DNA of 63,594 nucleotides, filler included, from Basidiobolus ranarum (Eukaryota): NCBI GenBank assembly GCA_040143965.1. It is 47 parts of 47 records of this genome, joined end to end, with 100 filler letters (N's around TTAATTAATTAA, not from the genome) between each part and the next. Parts side by side here need not be neighbours in the genome. Positions count along the whole stretch, not along the records: positions 24,466 to 25,721 come from JASJQH010005795.1; positions 25,822 to 27,077 come from JASJQH010005796.1; positions 27,178 to 28,433 come from JASJQH010005797.1; positions 28,534 to 29,788 come from JASJQH010005798.1; positions 29,889 to 31,143 come from JASJQH010005799.1; positions 31,244 to 32,498 come from JASJQH010005800.1; positions 32,599 to 33,853 come from JASJQH010005801.1; positions 33,954 to 35,207 come from JASJQH010005802.1; 39 more parts are not named here. One strand, 5' to 3'. Shown piece by piece: positions 24,466 to 35,472 of this stretch (position 1 is its first letter; each line of letters starts with the position of its first letter). The notes under the pieces were generated by a model. It saw only the letters and a program-made list of their open reading frames with translations, ran no database searches and was not told where the DNA came from. The position numbers and the translations under genes were made by a program.

Positions 24466-25721
24466 GCATAAGTTGATGCCGGTTATGCCCCTTGTTTAAG
24501 TGCACGGAGCTTGGTGGCTGAAGTTCTTTCCTTATCTGCATTTCCAAATGTGGCTTCTAGTTCAGCAAGAAAGGCAAGGAAGTTTGAAAGAAGTGGAGAT
24601 TGAGTTTCCATCAAAGGGGCAAACCAAGATAGAGCTGTTCCTGATAATAGTGTTCCTACTAAGCCTACTCTTGTTTGGTCAGAGGGGTAGTGATGGGGAT
24701 GTAACTGGATGATGAGCTTTACTTGGTTAATAAAACCACAATAGTTTTGGCAAGTGCCATCAAACTTATTTGGTAAGGAGATTTTGGGTTCAGGAGTTGG
24801 ATTTGCAGTATAGTTGGGTGGAGCTGGATTCTGTACTTGAGCAATAGAAGTACGAAGTTCTTGATTTTCTTGCTGGAGCTGAGTAAGAGCTCGCATAATA
24901 TCTTCCATTGTGGGGGCTGGTGTAGACATAATACTTACTATGTTGGGAGGGGAAGTTTTAAAACCACAAGTTTCTCTAGGAATGATAATCACAATGCAAT
25001 GTCCAACTTTCTGTTGAAGAAATGATTGGCGCCTTGACAAAAGAATATGCTGGTATCAACGTCCTTTGATCTTGATCAAGTACTAAAGCTTCTTTGATCA
25101 AAAACAACTGTAAACTCAACCAGTAGTGTCTTGACAAGGATGCACTTAGAGCAATTATCCAAAGGTGGAAGGTACCTTTGCCTTAGCAGGGAAGCTTGGG
25201 AAAGATAGGGAATAAGAGGGAAGCCGACCTTGGGGGGTTTCAAGGTTGGAGAGCAGGGATGGAGAGAAGTCTACAGGCAAGTATAAGTAGTCTGATCAAA
25301 CTGTCACAATAAGGAACTGGACAAGGACTGGGAACAACGACAAGAGGCTAGAAGGCAGGAGAGTACTTGGGTGTAGACCACAAGACAAGACAAGACAAGA
25401 CTGGACAAGGAAGATACTTTGGCAAGAATCTTTATTGATAACTGGCATTGATCAGACTGAGGTCTGATCAAGGAATACATGGGGCTTATATAGATATTGC
25501 AAGGTGAAACATAATATACTGAATAGGGAATATACTGTGGCAAGTTCAAGAGTTGGGGTGTTAGGGACTACAAGGACCAATACAAAGAGGGATGATGCAA
25601 GGATGATGTAAGGATGATGTAAGGATGATCAGGTGACCTTCCATGGAAGGTCTTGGCGGAAATACACTATGTGTGGGATGACATGATTGGTTAGGTTTCA
25701 CGGAATGTTCCAAAGAACATG
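24466..25721 (-). mobile_element. Tf1/sushi-type Gypsy element 5' end: LTR G1 (25302-25721), non-tRNA PBS, leader and gag (24929 to 24483)
   Basis: gag PEPKISLPNKFDG...GFINQVKLII...LLSGTALSWF...FLAELEATFG...LRALKQG (PEG10/sushi-like); LTR ends ...TTGTGACA. Confidence 0.92.
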
Positions 25722-25821
25722 NNNNNNNNNNNNNNNNNNNNNNNNNNNNNNNNNNNNNNNNNNNNTTAATTAATTAANNNNNNNNNNNNNNNNNNNNNNN
25801 NNNNNNNNNNNNNNNNNNNNN

Positions 25822-27077
25822 CAATTTGATTCAACTTTGATTATCTTGAAATATTGTAGTTGGTGTGATTTGACAATATCCCAAATCAGTTCAGAGTTTC
25901 CTTAACCATACTGATTCTTTTGTTGCTTCACAAGCATCCATGTATTCTTCTTCTGTTTTTGAAAGTGCTATGGTGGGTTGATTCTTTGAATTACAAGAAA
26001 CAGCTCCATTATAGCAAAAAAAAATATATCCTGTAGTCAATCTCCTGTCTTACATATCTCTTCCCTAATTTGCAGCTGAATATCCCATCAGATCAAAGTT
26101 TATTAAGAATAAGTGTTTTTTAAGCACAGATCCACAGTACATGTGAAATATCTGAATATTTGCTTAACTACTTTAATTTGTTCATATCCTTAATTTTGAA
26201 GAGATTGGCACAAAACTCCCACAGAATATGCAATATCTGGCTATGTTTCAATCATAATATACCTCAAACTAACAACCATAGATTAATAAGGAAATTCCAA
26301 GCTTTTATTGGAATCAAGAATGTCTGATTTGAGCTATTTTTGGACAACTTCAGATTTGTCTCTATTAGGGTTAATACTGGATTACATTCTTCCACTTTAA
26401 GCTTCTTTGGTATATCTAGGATAGACTTAGACTAGTTTAAAGTTATTGTTTTGGTAGCTCTATCTATCTTAATTTGGATTCCAACATAGTACATCAGTTC
26501 ATCAAGATCAATCATTTTGAATTTGGCAGATATGCCAGATTAGGTTTTCTCCAAAGTCTTCAAGTCATTTGTTACTATAATAAGATTAACCACATGTAAG
26601 GCTAATAAAACTAGGTATGTCTTATCTGGTCTGAAGCAGATACTGTGATCAGTGTTTCACTTATGAAATATGAGTGTTTCCAAAGAAGCATCTATCTTGC
26701 TATTCCAAGCTCTTGGAGATTGTTTTAAGCCATAGAGTGTTTTCCAGAGTCTGCAAACTTTTTTAGGGTCTTCTGGGTCCACAAATCTGTCAGGCTGGTC
26801 TATATAGATTTTCTCAGCAAGCCCACCTATCAAAAAGCAGTTTTAACATCTATTTGATATACAACAAACTGATATTTATCTGAAATTGCTAAAGTTAATC
26901 TATTTGAATTAAACTTTGCTACAGGAGCAAAAGTTTCTTTATAATCTATTCCTGGTGTTTGGGAATAGACTTTGGCTACTAGTGTAGCCTTGTACCTTTC
27001 TATGTTGCGATCAGAGCTGAATTTAATTTAAACACCCATTAGCAGCCAATTGCTTTCTACCATCAGGTAAGTTGGTT
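25822..27077 (-). mobile_element. Copia RT-RNase H (heavily degenerate)
   Basis: Reverse-strand remnants of WVFKL, YKATLVAK, ETFAPVAKF, LYGLKQSPRAW and TIALS. Confidence 0.85.
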
Positions 27078-27177
27078 NNNNNNNNNNNNNNNNNNNNNNN
27101 NNNNNNNNNNNNNNNNNNNNNTTAATTAATTAANNNNNNNNNNNNNNNNNNNNNNNNNNNNNNNNNNNNNNNNNNNN

Positions 27178-28048
27178 ACTCACCTATCTATCTATCTATC
27201 TATCCAATCACATTTTCTTTTATCAGAATTAGTCATCTAATATCTTGGCACTGACTAATTCACTTTGCTATCAAAAAGTATAAATAAAACTAACTGAACC
27301 TTTTGGTTTAGTGTGTGTCTCAATGAATATAGGATTGTAACACTTCTCACGGTTTCTCAAACAAATTCAATATTCCTCTCTCATTTCTATCCAAGCATAG
27401 TATCCACTAGTATATACAGAACACCAAGCCTAGCTGCCTAGCAAACCTACTCTCTACCATAACATAGAAACCCACTGCTATTCCCAAGACATATATTATT
27501 TAGATCTGCTCTGCTGATATATCCTTCTTAAACAGTTCTAAGATTCTGCACTTAACTGTTTCTTTGGTTCAATAAAGTTCAGACTTTTTATCCACTTATC
27601 TCTTGGACACAACATTAACCAAACCATTAGCTAGACAGAAATATGAGAAATCTAGACCTTTCTTAGGATTAGTTTATATTACTCTTTAGTCGAGGGAGAA
27701 TGCTAAAATTAGCATTACCTAAGCACCCATATATTCATATATAGCTTAGTACTTAGTTTTCTTATCTTTCACTAAGCTATTATCCATTATTCTGAATTGG
27801 ACTTTACTTAGAATATTTCTACCAACTTAGAAGTTCTTATATATATAGATTTTTCAAACTCATGCTTGAAGCCCCAAGCTTTGCACATACACTCCTGGGA
27901 CCTTCTTTAACACATTCTATCCATTAGTTTGCTTACATCTTGAAAAAACTATAAATGTCAACTTTCTACTCAATAAATCAATAAGTGAAAACAACCAATT
28001 TCTCTCATTTGCAAAACCACTTCCAATAGGCTCCCAAATACTTTAACA
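27178..28048 (+). mobile_element. Gypsy LTR G2 (27178-27614) inserted in a Copia 3' end (RNase H end, PPT, 3' LTR C1 27701-28048)
   Basis: ...GGACACAACA abuts LTKPLARQKYEK; the purine tract GAGGGAGAA immediately precedes the C1 LTR. Confidence 0.85.
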
Positions 28049-28932
28049 TATAAAATGATAAGTCAAGTCAAAAGACTTATTCTCTATAGCTTCTCTAATA
28101 AAGATGTGCCTAATATCTATATTTACTTCCAGTATGGAATGCAGATTTCTATCTAGTTGATACATATTGATACTTTTGAAATATTGCAGTCTGTCACAAT
28201 AAGCCACTGGACATGGACTGGAAACAACAACAAGAGGCTAGAAGGTAGGATTGGGAAAATATGGGCTGTTTGGAGGAACTTTAGAAAAGTGGAGTTGTGA
28301 AATAGCTTTGTGAGATAATTGCTTATTGTCCAGAAATAAAGCATTTATACTTTTTGGTGGAAATACAGAAAACTAGCACTGGGGTTGTGTTCAGAACATC
28401 TGTGGGAGTAAAATGAGCTACCTTTGGGGCAATNNNNNNNNNNNNNNNNNNNNNNNNNNNNNNNNNNNNNNNNNNNNTTAATTAATTAANNNNNNNNNNN
28501 NNNNNNNNNNNNNNNNNNNNNNNNNNNNNNNNNTTGGTAAAAATATTCTAAGTAAATTCCGATTGAGAATAATTGATAATATCTTAGTGAATTACAAGAT
28601 AACTAAGTACTAAGCTATATATGACTATATAGGTGCTTAAGCAATGCTAATTTCAACACTGTTAACATGGAAAGAAAATTGATTTTTAACTGTGAAAAAT
28701 TTCTTTCCAGTTCATCCAATCTAGCATCTGAGCATATTACAACATATTATTAGTTGCAAATCTTTATAACATCTTCTCACTAATTGAACTACTTTCTTTA
28801 CACATTTAATAAATACTTTAGCTCTATTTTTCTTGTTCTGACAAGATTTAGCTACTCTTCTATCAAATATTGTTCCACTCTATGAGTGTAATATATCCCT
28901 AGTTTCACTGTTGTAACAACTTGGAAAGAGTT

Positions 28933-29679
28933 TGTTGAAATTAGCAATACCAAAACACCTATACAGTAATATACAGCTCAGTACTTAATTATCTTATGTT
29001 TCACTATGATATTACTCATTATTCTCAATCAGAATTCAGTTAGAATATCTTGACCATCTTCAAAGCTCTCAAATAGACTTTCAAACTTGTGCTAGAAGCC
29101 TCAAACCTTGAACACATGTTCTTGGGACCTCTTTAAGCACATTCTGAATGTTAGCTTGTTTATATCTTGACAAATTATAATTGTCAACTTTTGATGCAAT
29201 AGATGAACAAGTGAAAACCACCAATTTCACTTTCTGCCCAAACAACTTCCAACAGGCTCCCAAAAACTTTAACAGGTTATGAGCCCTGAGCTAGCACACT
29301 CCGTAACATCTGCTTCTCAAGTTTCTAGAAATTTTCCCTCCTCTGAAAAATTATATGGATCCAATTATCAAGTCTGGAAAATTAAAATAAAAGTGTTGCT
29401 GAAAGAAAAAGGACTTTGGCATACTGTTGTAGGAGAAGAAAGCAATGAAAAGCTATCTGAAATGAAAGTTTCACTCCAGGTCAGAAAAGAACCAAGTGCC
29501 TTTAACACTATATTTGTTAATGTTCAAGCCATATCCCTAATTCAATATTCAAGGGCTAAAACTGCAAAAAAGGTATGGAAAACCTTGGAAGATACCGACC
29601 AAACATGTTCTGCTGCCAACAAGATGTTTCTAATAAGACAATCCCTTAACTCAAAGATGGAGTCACAAGATGACTTTAT
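28933..29679 (+). mobile_element. Copia 5' end: LTR C1, PBS and gag
   Basis: LTR ends TTTAACA at 29274; PBS GGTTATGAGCCCTG; gag EKLYGSNYQVWKIKIKVLLKEKGLW...TAKKVWKTLE. Confidence 0.88.
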
Positions 29680-29888
29680 TATTGGGAAAATATGGGCTGT
29701 TTGGAGGAACTTTAGAAAAGTGGAGTTGTGAATAGCTTTGTGAGATAATTGTTTATTGTCCAGAAATAAAGCATTTATACTTTTTGGTNNNNNNNNNNNN
29801 NNNNNNNNNNNNNNNNNNNNNNNNNNNNNNNNTTAATTAATTAANNNNNNNNNNNNNNNNNNNNNNNNNNNNNNNNNNNNNNNNNNNN

Positions 29889-30119
29889 GTTCAGTCCAAA
29901 GGGCTTCAAGAGGGTTTTGATGAAGAGTATATCAATCACACTGTTGATTGCAACCCACACTCTTTGAGCCTTTGGTGAGGTGATGGGCTTTTCTGGTGGG
30001 GGTAGCTGATATTTTTCGTCCCATTCCACATAGTCGTCGTCCCAGTGTAGATCCTCTTCAGTATTGGTATTGTTTGTCACGTAAGAAAAATAATCGGTGG
30101 AATCCTTAGCTCCGGCCAT
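29889..30119 (-). CDS. Hypothetical protein, N-terminus
   Basis: ATG at 30119 with the frame open to the contig end, TATATA about 110 nt upstream, CpG-normal sequence; no family recognised. Confidence 0.55.
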
Positions 30120-31243
30120 ATCTTTACTTTGAATGGTGTGAGTAAGATGTAAATCTAGTAAACTCCAAAGATCCCTAGAATGATGATTGTCCGTAGAATG
30201 ATGAATATTGCAGTATTCCTCCCTCTAAATATATAGTCGGAGTGAAGAAACCTTGGAAGTTCTCAAATTTGAATCCATCTTAGAATGCCTCGATTGAACC
30301 ACCTTGGAACGAAATTGTAAAACTGTCACCCTGAGATATTCCAACTAACGTCTCCCCTGGGCATACCTTCATGCTAACAATGAAATGTTTCAACGGAAAA
30401 AAATGAACCGATCCTATTTACTAATAAGAACTATAGGATCTCAAGATGAAGTATAGAACTACTATTGATGTGAGAGATCAATTGATGAAGCGTAAGCATA
30501 CTCATGCATAAGCGTAGATATCAAACTGTCTTGAAATTTACTGTTAGAATTTCCTTGATACGCGATGCTCGATGCTTCATACTAGAAACTAAGGTTTTGA
30601 TCAAACCCACAATTTTGTGTATTTAAGCTGATACGATCCGCAAATCAGTAGTTGTCAGATTAGCTGACTTCAACGTTTGATTCACTTGTGATCAAATAGT
30701 ACCATATACAGCTAGGATTCAGGTACGGTTTTATCTACTCTGATGGGTTGTCAGTTTTGCTCAAGCTTTGACCAAATGATCAGAAATATGCACTACAAGT
30801 TGTGCTAAAGATGGTAAAGCTCTCCCACGTTGCCATAAAGTTCGCCAATCATTTCAAACAGCATTTTATGTAAGCAGTCTCAATATACCATATGATTGTA
30901 GCACACTTCAGCACCATATTTTTGAAAATATGAATTTTAATTGATCAAATTAACCATTTAGTTTATACAATACTACAGTTATAATTCAGCTCGCGAAATC
31001 GGTTTCAATCGAGAAAGTAGATTGGATCTAAATTACTGTTAACCTTTATTTACTAATGTTGATGTAATTTTGATGAATACATGATGCATTTTAACTTGTG
31101 ATGAATGGATGCAGTGGAAATGGATGTACTGGAAATGGATGTANNNNNNNNNNNNNNNNNNNNNNNNNNNNNNNNNNNNNNNNNNNNTTAATTAATTAAN
31201 NNNNNNNNNNNNNNNNNNNNNNNNNNNNNNNNNNNNNNNNNNN

Positions 31244-32498
31244 GGGGGCCTTCGGCGGCAATGCGAAGCCCCCCCCCCCCCGCCCCAAGAGGCACCCCCC
31301 CCCCCCCCGGCCGGCGGGCGGGGGCGGCGCCACGCACGAGGGGGGCGCGGGGGCGGGGGGGGCCCCCCCACCCCCCCCCCCCCCCCGGGCGCGGGGGGGA
31401 GCGAAGAGCCCCCTGTATTGCCCCGGGCAGGGGGGGGGTAGCCAAACCCCACCCCCCCCCCGGGGAGGCCACCCCCGGAAATATGCAGGGGAAGCCGGGG
31501 GGAAGGATTTTGAATGGCTTCGCAATTGGGGGCGCTTCCCCCCCCCCCCCCCGGCGCGCCCCCCCCGCCGCCGGGGGGGGCGGGGGCTCCCCCCCCCCCC
31601 CGCCCCCGACCACCCCGGGGGAGGGCTTTCGGTCGGCCAAAGCGAACCCCCCCCTCGTATTCGGAGTTTTGAGTGGACCGTGCAGCGGGGGGGTTCGCAT
31701 TCGGTTTATGGGGGTTCGCATTTTGGGGTGTGCTTGGTGGCCGTGCTTCGGCTATGTAGGATTAAGTGGGCTCGAACCACTGACTTCGACCTTATCAAGG
31801 TCGCACTCTAACCACTGAGTTATAATCCTTTTTCCCCCCATTGGCTTCCCCACCCCCCCGCTAATTAGAGCACCCCGCCCTTTGGGAGGGGGCCGGCTTC
31901 GCTCCCCCCCCCCCATTTTTCGCTCGGGTTGGCCCCCCGCTTCGCATTGGCTTCCCGGTCAGGGAGGAGCTGATTCGAAATGCAGTTTGATCAACCACTC
32001 TTGGCCCCCCCCGCCTGGGGGAGCACTTTCTCCCCCCCCCCTCCCGAACCCCCCCCCCGCCCCCCCGTGCTTCGGGTTTGCGGTGCGGCACCAGTGGGGG
32101 GGCTACTTCCCCAGGTTGGCCTCGGGGAGAGCGGGATGCGAAGCGGGAGTAAAGTTGCTCCCCATTCCGGCCGCCCCCCCCCCCTTCGGCTAATGATTCC
32201 CTTTCTCGGAGGGGGGGCCTTGGCCCTTCGGGATGCCCCGAAGGATCAGGGGGGGGGCCGGTCCTGATCCTTCGGCCGCCGGTTCCCCGTGACCGACCCC
32301 CCCACCCCCGGTTTTGCATTATAATAATATTCTTATTTTGGTAGAAAGTCTTCTCTTTTCTCTTTTATAATACTGCGAGCCCCCTGGAGTAAATACCAAG
32401 CCTCACCCCTTTGCCCCTTCGATTCCGGTTCCCCAGGGCCCGTCCCCCCTCCCCCCCCCCCGCTCCGCCCCCCGAAGGGGTGACCTCCCCCCTCCCCC
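31244..32498. repeat. GC-cluster / hairpin-rich region, probably mitochondrial intergenic DNA
   Basis: Long G and C runs, recurring (G)GCTTCG(C/G) and GGGGGTTCGCATT units, and inverted repeats around an organelle-type tRNA. Confidence 0.6.
31757..31829 (-). tRNA. trnI: tRNA-Ile (GAU), organellar/bacterial type
   Basis: AGGATTA-TA-ACTC-AGTGGTTA-GAGT-G-CGACC-TT-GAT-AA-GGTCG-AAGTC-AGTGG-TTCGAGC-CCACT-TAATCCT-A: all four stems pair perfectly. Confidence 0.95.
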
Positions 32499-32692
32499 NN
32501 NNNNNNNNNNNNNNNNNNNNNNNNNNNNNNNNNNNNNNNNNNTTAATTAATTAANNNNNNNNNNNNNNNNNNNNNNNNNNNNNNNNNNNNNNNNNNNNGC
32601 TGAGAATTAGATCTTCTTGTTCCTAAACGTTCCTTGTTTGGGTTGGTGTGGAGCTGGAAAACCAATCTTTCCTGTTTCACATATTTTGAGAA

Positions 32693-33245
32693 GCTCATGA
32701 ATCAATGTACCATGTTTCTGAGTCTTCTTTAGCTGTTACCAATAGGGCAGACACAAATAGATGATCTCTATCAGTGCTTATTTGATTTGCTTGTTCCGAT
32801 TTTAGCTTTTTGGCAAAAATCCTTTTTCTGCAATCTTTGATTACATGGCATGGTTTCTTGCAATACTTGCAGATGATTAATTTCCTTATAGGGGCACCAC
32901 TATTGAAGGCTGTTGGATGTTTTACAATTTCAAAAAATATCTGTCCTGCATCATTTTGCTGATAATTAGATCGCCTTAATCCTTTATTCAAAAGCCTAGC
33001 ACCAACATATTCCATTGTTAATGGCTCAGGTCTTGATTCTAGGGCATTTATGAGGTTGCCAAACTTGTCTGGCTGGCTTCCAAGTAGTGTCATGACTAAG
33101 TCATCTTCATTTAGAGGTGCTCCAATAGATGAGAGCTAATCTGCCATAGTTTTTATCCAATTTATATGATTAAGCATAGAATCGTCAGGATTTATCTGAT
33201 TTGAGAATAATTTTTGCCTAAGATATAGCTGATTAGCCATACTAT
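32693..33245 (-). mobile_element. Copia gag (zinc knuckle) and start of protease
   Basis: CKYCKKPCHVIKDC knuckle and WYIDS. Confidence 0.88.
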
Positions 33246-33853
33246 TGTTGCAATTAGGTAAATAGCAGCTCATTATTTAGTAGTAACTGTACACACATTC
33301 TGAATATTGAGCACTCAATTCTGTTATACAAAAACATGTTTATTCCTCCAATTGATATAAATATCAATTAGATCACTTTGACTGATTTTCATTATCTTCT
33401 CAAAACTTCTCCAAATCACCTCAAACTTTCACCCATGCTTAACAGGCATGTTTGTTCCAATCTAAGCAAGTTCAACAGGCCTATCTCATATTAAACTGTA
33501 AATAGGAAGTATTCAATTCAATAAAACTTAAGTGTCTAATTCACATATCCAAATCTTGTCCAAAACACTTCCAAATCCCCTAAACACTTTTATCAGGTTA
33601 TGAGCCCCAAGCTAGCTGTTAAAGGAATGTTTACCAGTACTACTACCAACGTTTTTGCATCCACAGAGAAGTTTTATGGTGAAGACTTTCACCTTTGGAA
33701 CTTCAAGATGCAAATGGTGCTAGAAGACAAGGACCTTTGGGGATTTGTTACAGGAGAAGAAATAGAGCCAAAGGGACCACCAGAAGCTATCCTTGCTTTT
33801 TACAAGAAGCAGAGGAAAGCACTCTCTACACTTTGTCAACATCTCAGAGATCC
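33246..33853 (+). mobile_element. Copia 5' end: LTR C2, PBS and gag
   Basis: LTR 33246-33595, PBS at 33596, gag ORF from 33600. Confidence 0.9.
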
Positions 33854-33953
33854 NNNNNNNNNNNNNNNNNNNNNNNNNNNNNNNNNNNNNNNNNNNNTTA
33901 ATTAATTAANNNNNNNNNNNNNNNNNNNNNNNNNNNNNNNNNNNNNNNNNNNN

Positions 33954-34956
33954 ATGAGTGACTTTGATTTTTTCTTGAAGATACTTGGCAAACTTGTCTT
34001 TGTTGGCAGTTGAAGATTCTAAATGTGATAAGGATAGCTCAGCTGCGATGACTTGGTGTGTCTTTAAGTTCTCTCCGAGCTTCCTGAATATTCTGAATTT
34101 TGTTTCAATTGCTTTTTGGTTGCTTGTATATCGGTAAATCTTTTGTTTTCAGCGGTACTTTCTTCGTGCATACAGTACAGCAAATCGCGACGTCCAGGAT
34201 CAATTAGGACACATCTACCAACACCGGCCAACGGCTCTTCTCTTCCCCAACTTCTCCACATACTGAAACTCCTCTTCTGAAGCAAGAGATTTTAACTTTG
34301 CGCCACCGACACCATCTATGTACATCATACCTCTAAACTTTATGGACTTGCTTTTTCCTTGTGGTTTCATTGCTTTTGATGTGAGATCAATAAGGTTTCC
34401 CATACTACTTCATTATTCAAGTGGCTAGTGATAGAATTATTTAAAATTTGAGTATTTAAAATATATGTATCAATTATCAGGTAGGATGATATAAAGCCCC
34501 TTCTTAGCGGAAAGCAGTGGAATGGCTTGTTTTGGAGAGCTTCGCACATACCTGACAGTCTAGCGTATGCCTTTATATGCTTGAGAGGGTTGCTTTTGCA
34601 GTCGTAATAGATTGAGTCTTGCAAATCGATAATCTGTTGAATACCAGCCAGAAAGACTATGAATCAAATCGTTTGAGGACAGAAATTCTTCAGGTATATC
34701 TTCAATATTTCTTGATGAAATAACCAGTTTGACCTTTTTATATACTCTGTCTTTATGGCTCCGAATTGAAGGTTGACCCCATTCAGATAAGCAGTAACAA
34801 TTTTTGCCACTTCATGAGAAGCTATCTGATGAGCATACTTCAAGTTGACTGGTTCATAAGAACTGCACTGAAAGTACTTATCCCGATACTTGAGTATAGA
34901 TCTTTGTAGGAAGCTTTCTGTTTGTCTAGCTTGTAGTTATTGAAGAGTGACAAAAA
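33954..34956 (-). pseudogene. Fanzor1 (eukaryotic TnpB-family RNA-guided nuclease) pseudogene fragment
   Basis: Frameshifted but collinear: QIASHEVAKIVTAYLNGVNLQF; SIYYDCKSNPLKH; FHCFPLRRGFISSYLIIDT; FRGMMYIDGVG; GRCVLIDPGRRDLLYCMHE (RuvC-I DPG); IYRYTSNQKAIETK; AAELSLSHLESSTANKDKFAKYL. The 5' part is cut by a C1 LTR at 34957 and the 3' part by the contig end. Confidence 0.78.
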
Positions 34957-35207
34957 TGTTGAAATTAGCATTGCCTAAACACCTATATAGTCATATATAG
35001 CTTAGTATTTAGTTATCCTATATTGAACCAAGATATCTCCCATTATTCTCATGAGGAATTTACTTAAAAGTTCTCAGATGTATAGATTTTTCAAAGAAGC
35101 CCCAAACTTTGCACACATGTTCCTGGGACCTTCCTTAACACATTCTACACGTTAGTTTGTTTACATCTTGACATAACTATAAATGTCAACTGAATACTCA
35201 ATAAATC
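34957..35207 (+). mobile_element. Copia LTR C1 (partial)
   Basis: TGTTGAAATTAGCATTGCC start; near-identical to 1393-1694. Confidence 0.88.
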
Positions 35208-35307
35208 NNNNNNNNNNNNNNNNNNNNNNNNNNNNNNNNNNNNNNNNNNNNTTAATTAATTAANNNNNNNNNNNNNNNNNNNNNNNNNNNNNNNNNNNNN
35301 NNNNNNN

Positions 35308-35472
35308 TACTCTGGCTTGGCAGACACAATGATCACGGCCTGTGAAGAGACCAGAGTGACTGCCAATGAGTTTGGCAACATCGATTACCGTACAGCTGCC
35401 ATTGTGAATGCCATCCGCAAGATCGCCTCTGTATCTGAAGGAGCTGGCTCTCTCTTCACTAACCGAGGTTGA
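35308..35472 (+). CDS. Glutamate dehydrogenase (GLUD1-like hexameric type), C-terminal end
   Basis: YSGLADTMITACEETRVTANEFGNIDYRTAAIVNAIRKIASVSEGAGSLFTNRG* parallels the animal GDH ending (SGLAYTM...DLRTAAYVNAIEKV...EAG). Confidence 0.82.
   Translation, partial: YSGLADTMITACEETRVTANEFGNIDYRTAAIVNAIRKIASVSEGAGSLFTNRG

Noticed and set aside
31188-32319. Multiple overlapping Gly/Pro/Arg-rich ORFs
   Set aside because: These are by-products of stop-poor G/C homopolymer DNA; one overlaps the tRNA antisense.
33954-34100. Fanzor omega-RNA or transposon end
   Set aside because: The contig ends within the coding region, before RuvC-II/III, so no guide scaffold is visible.
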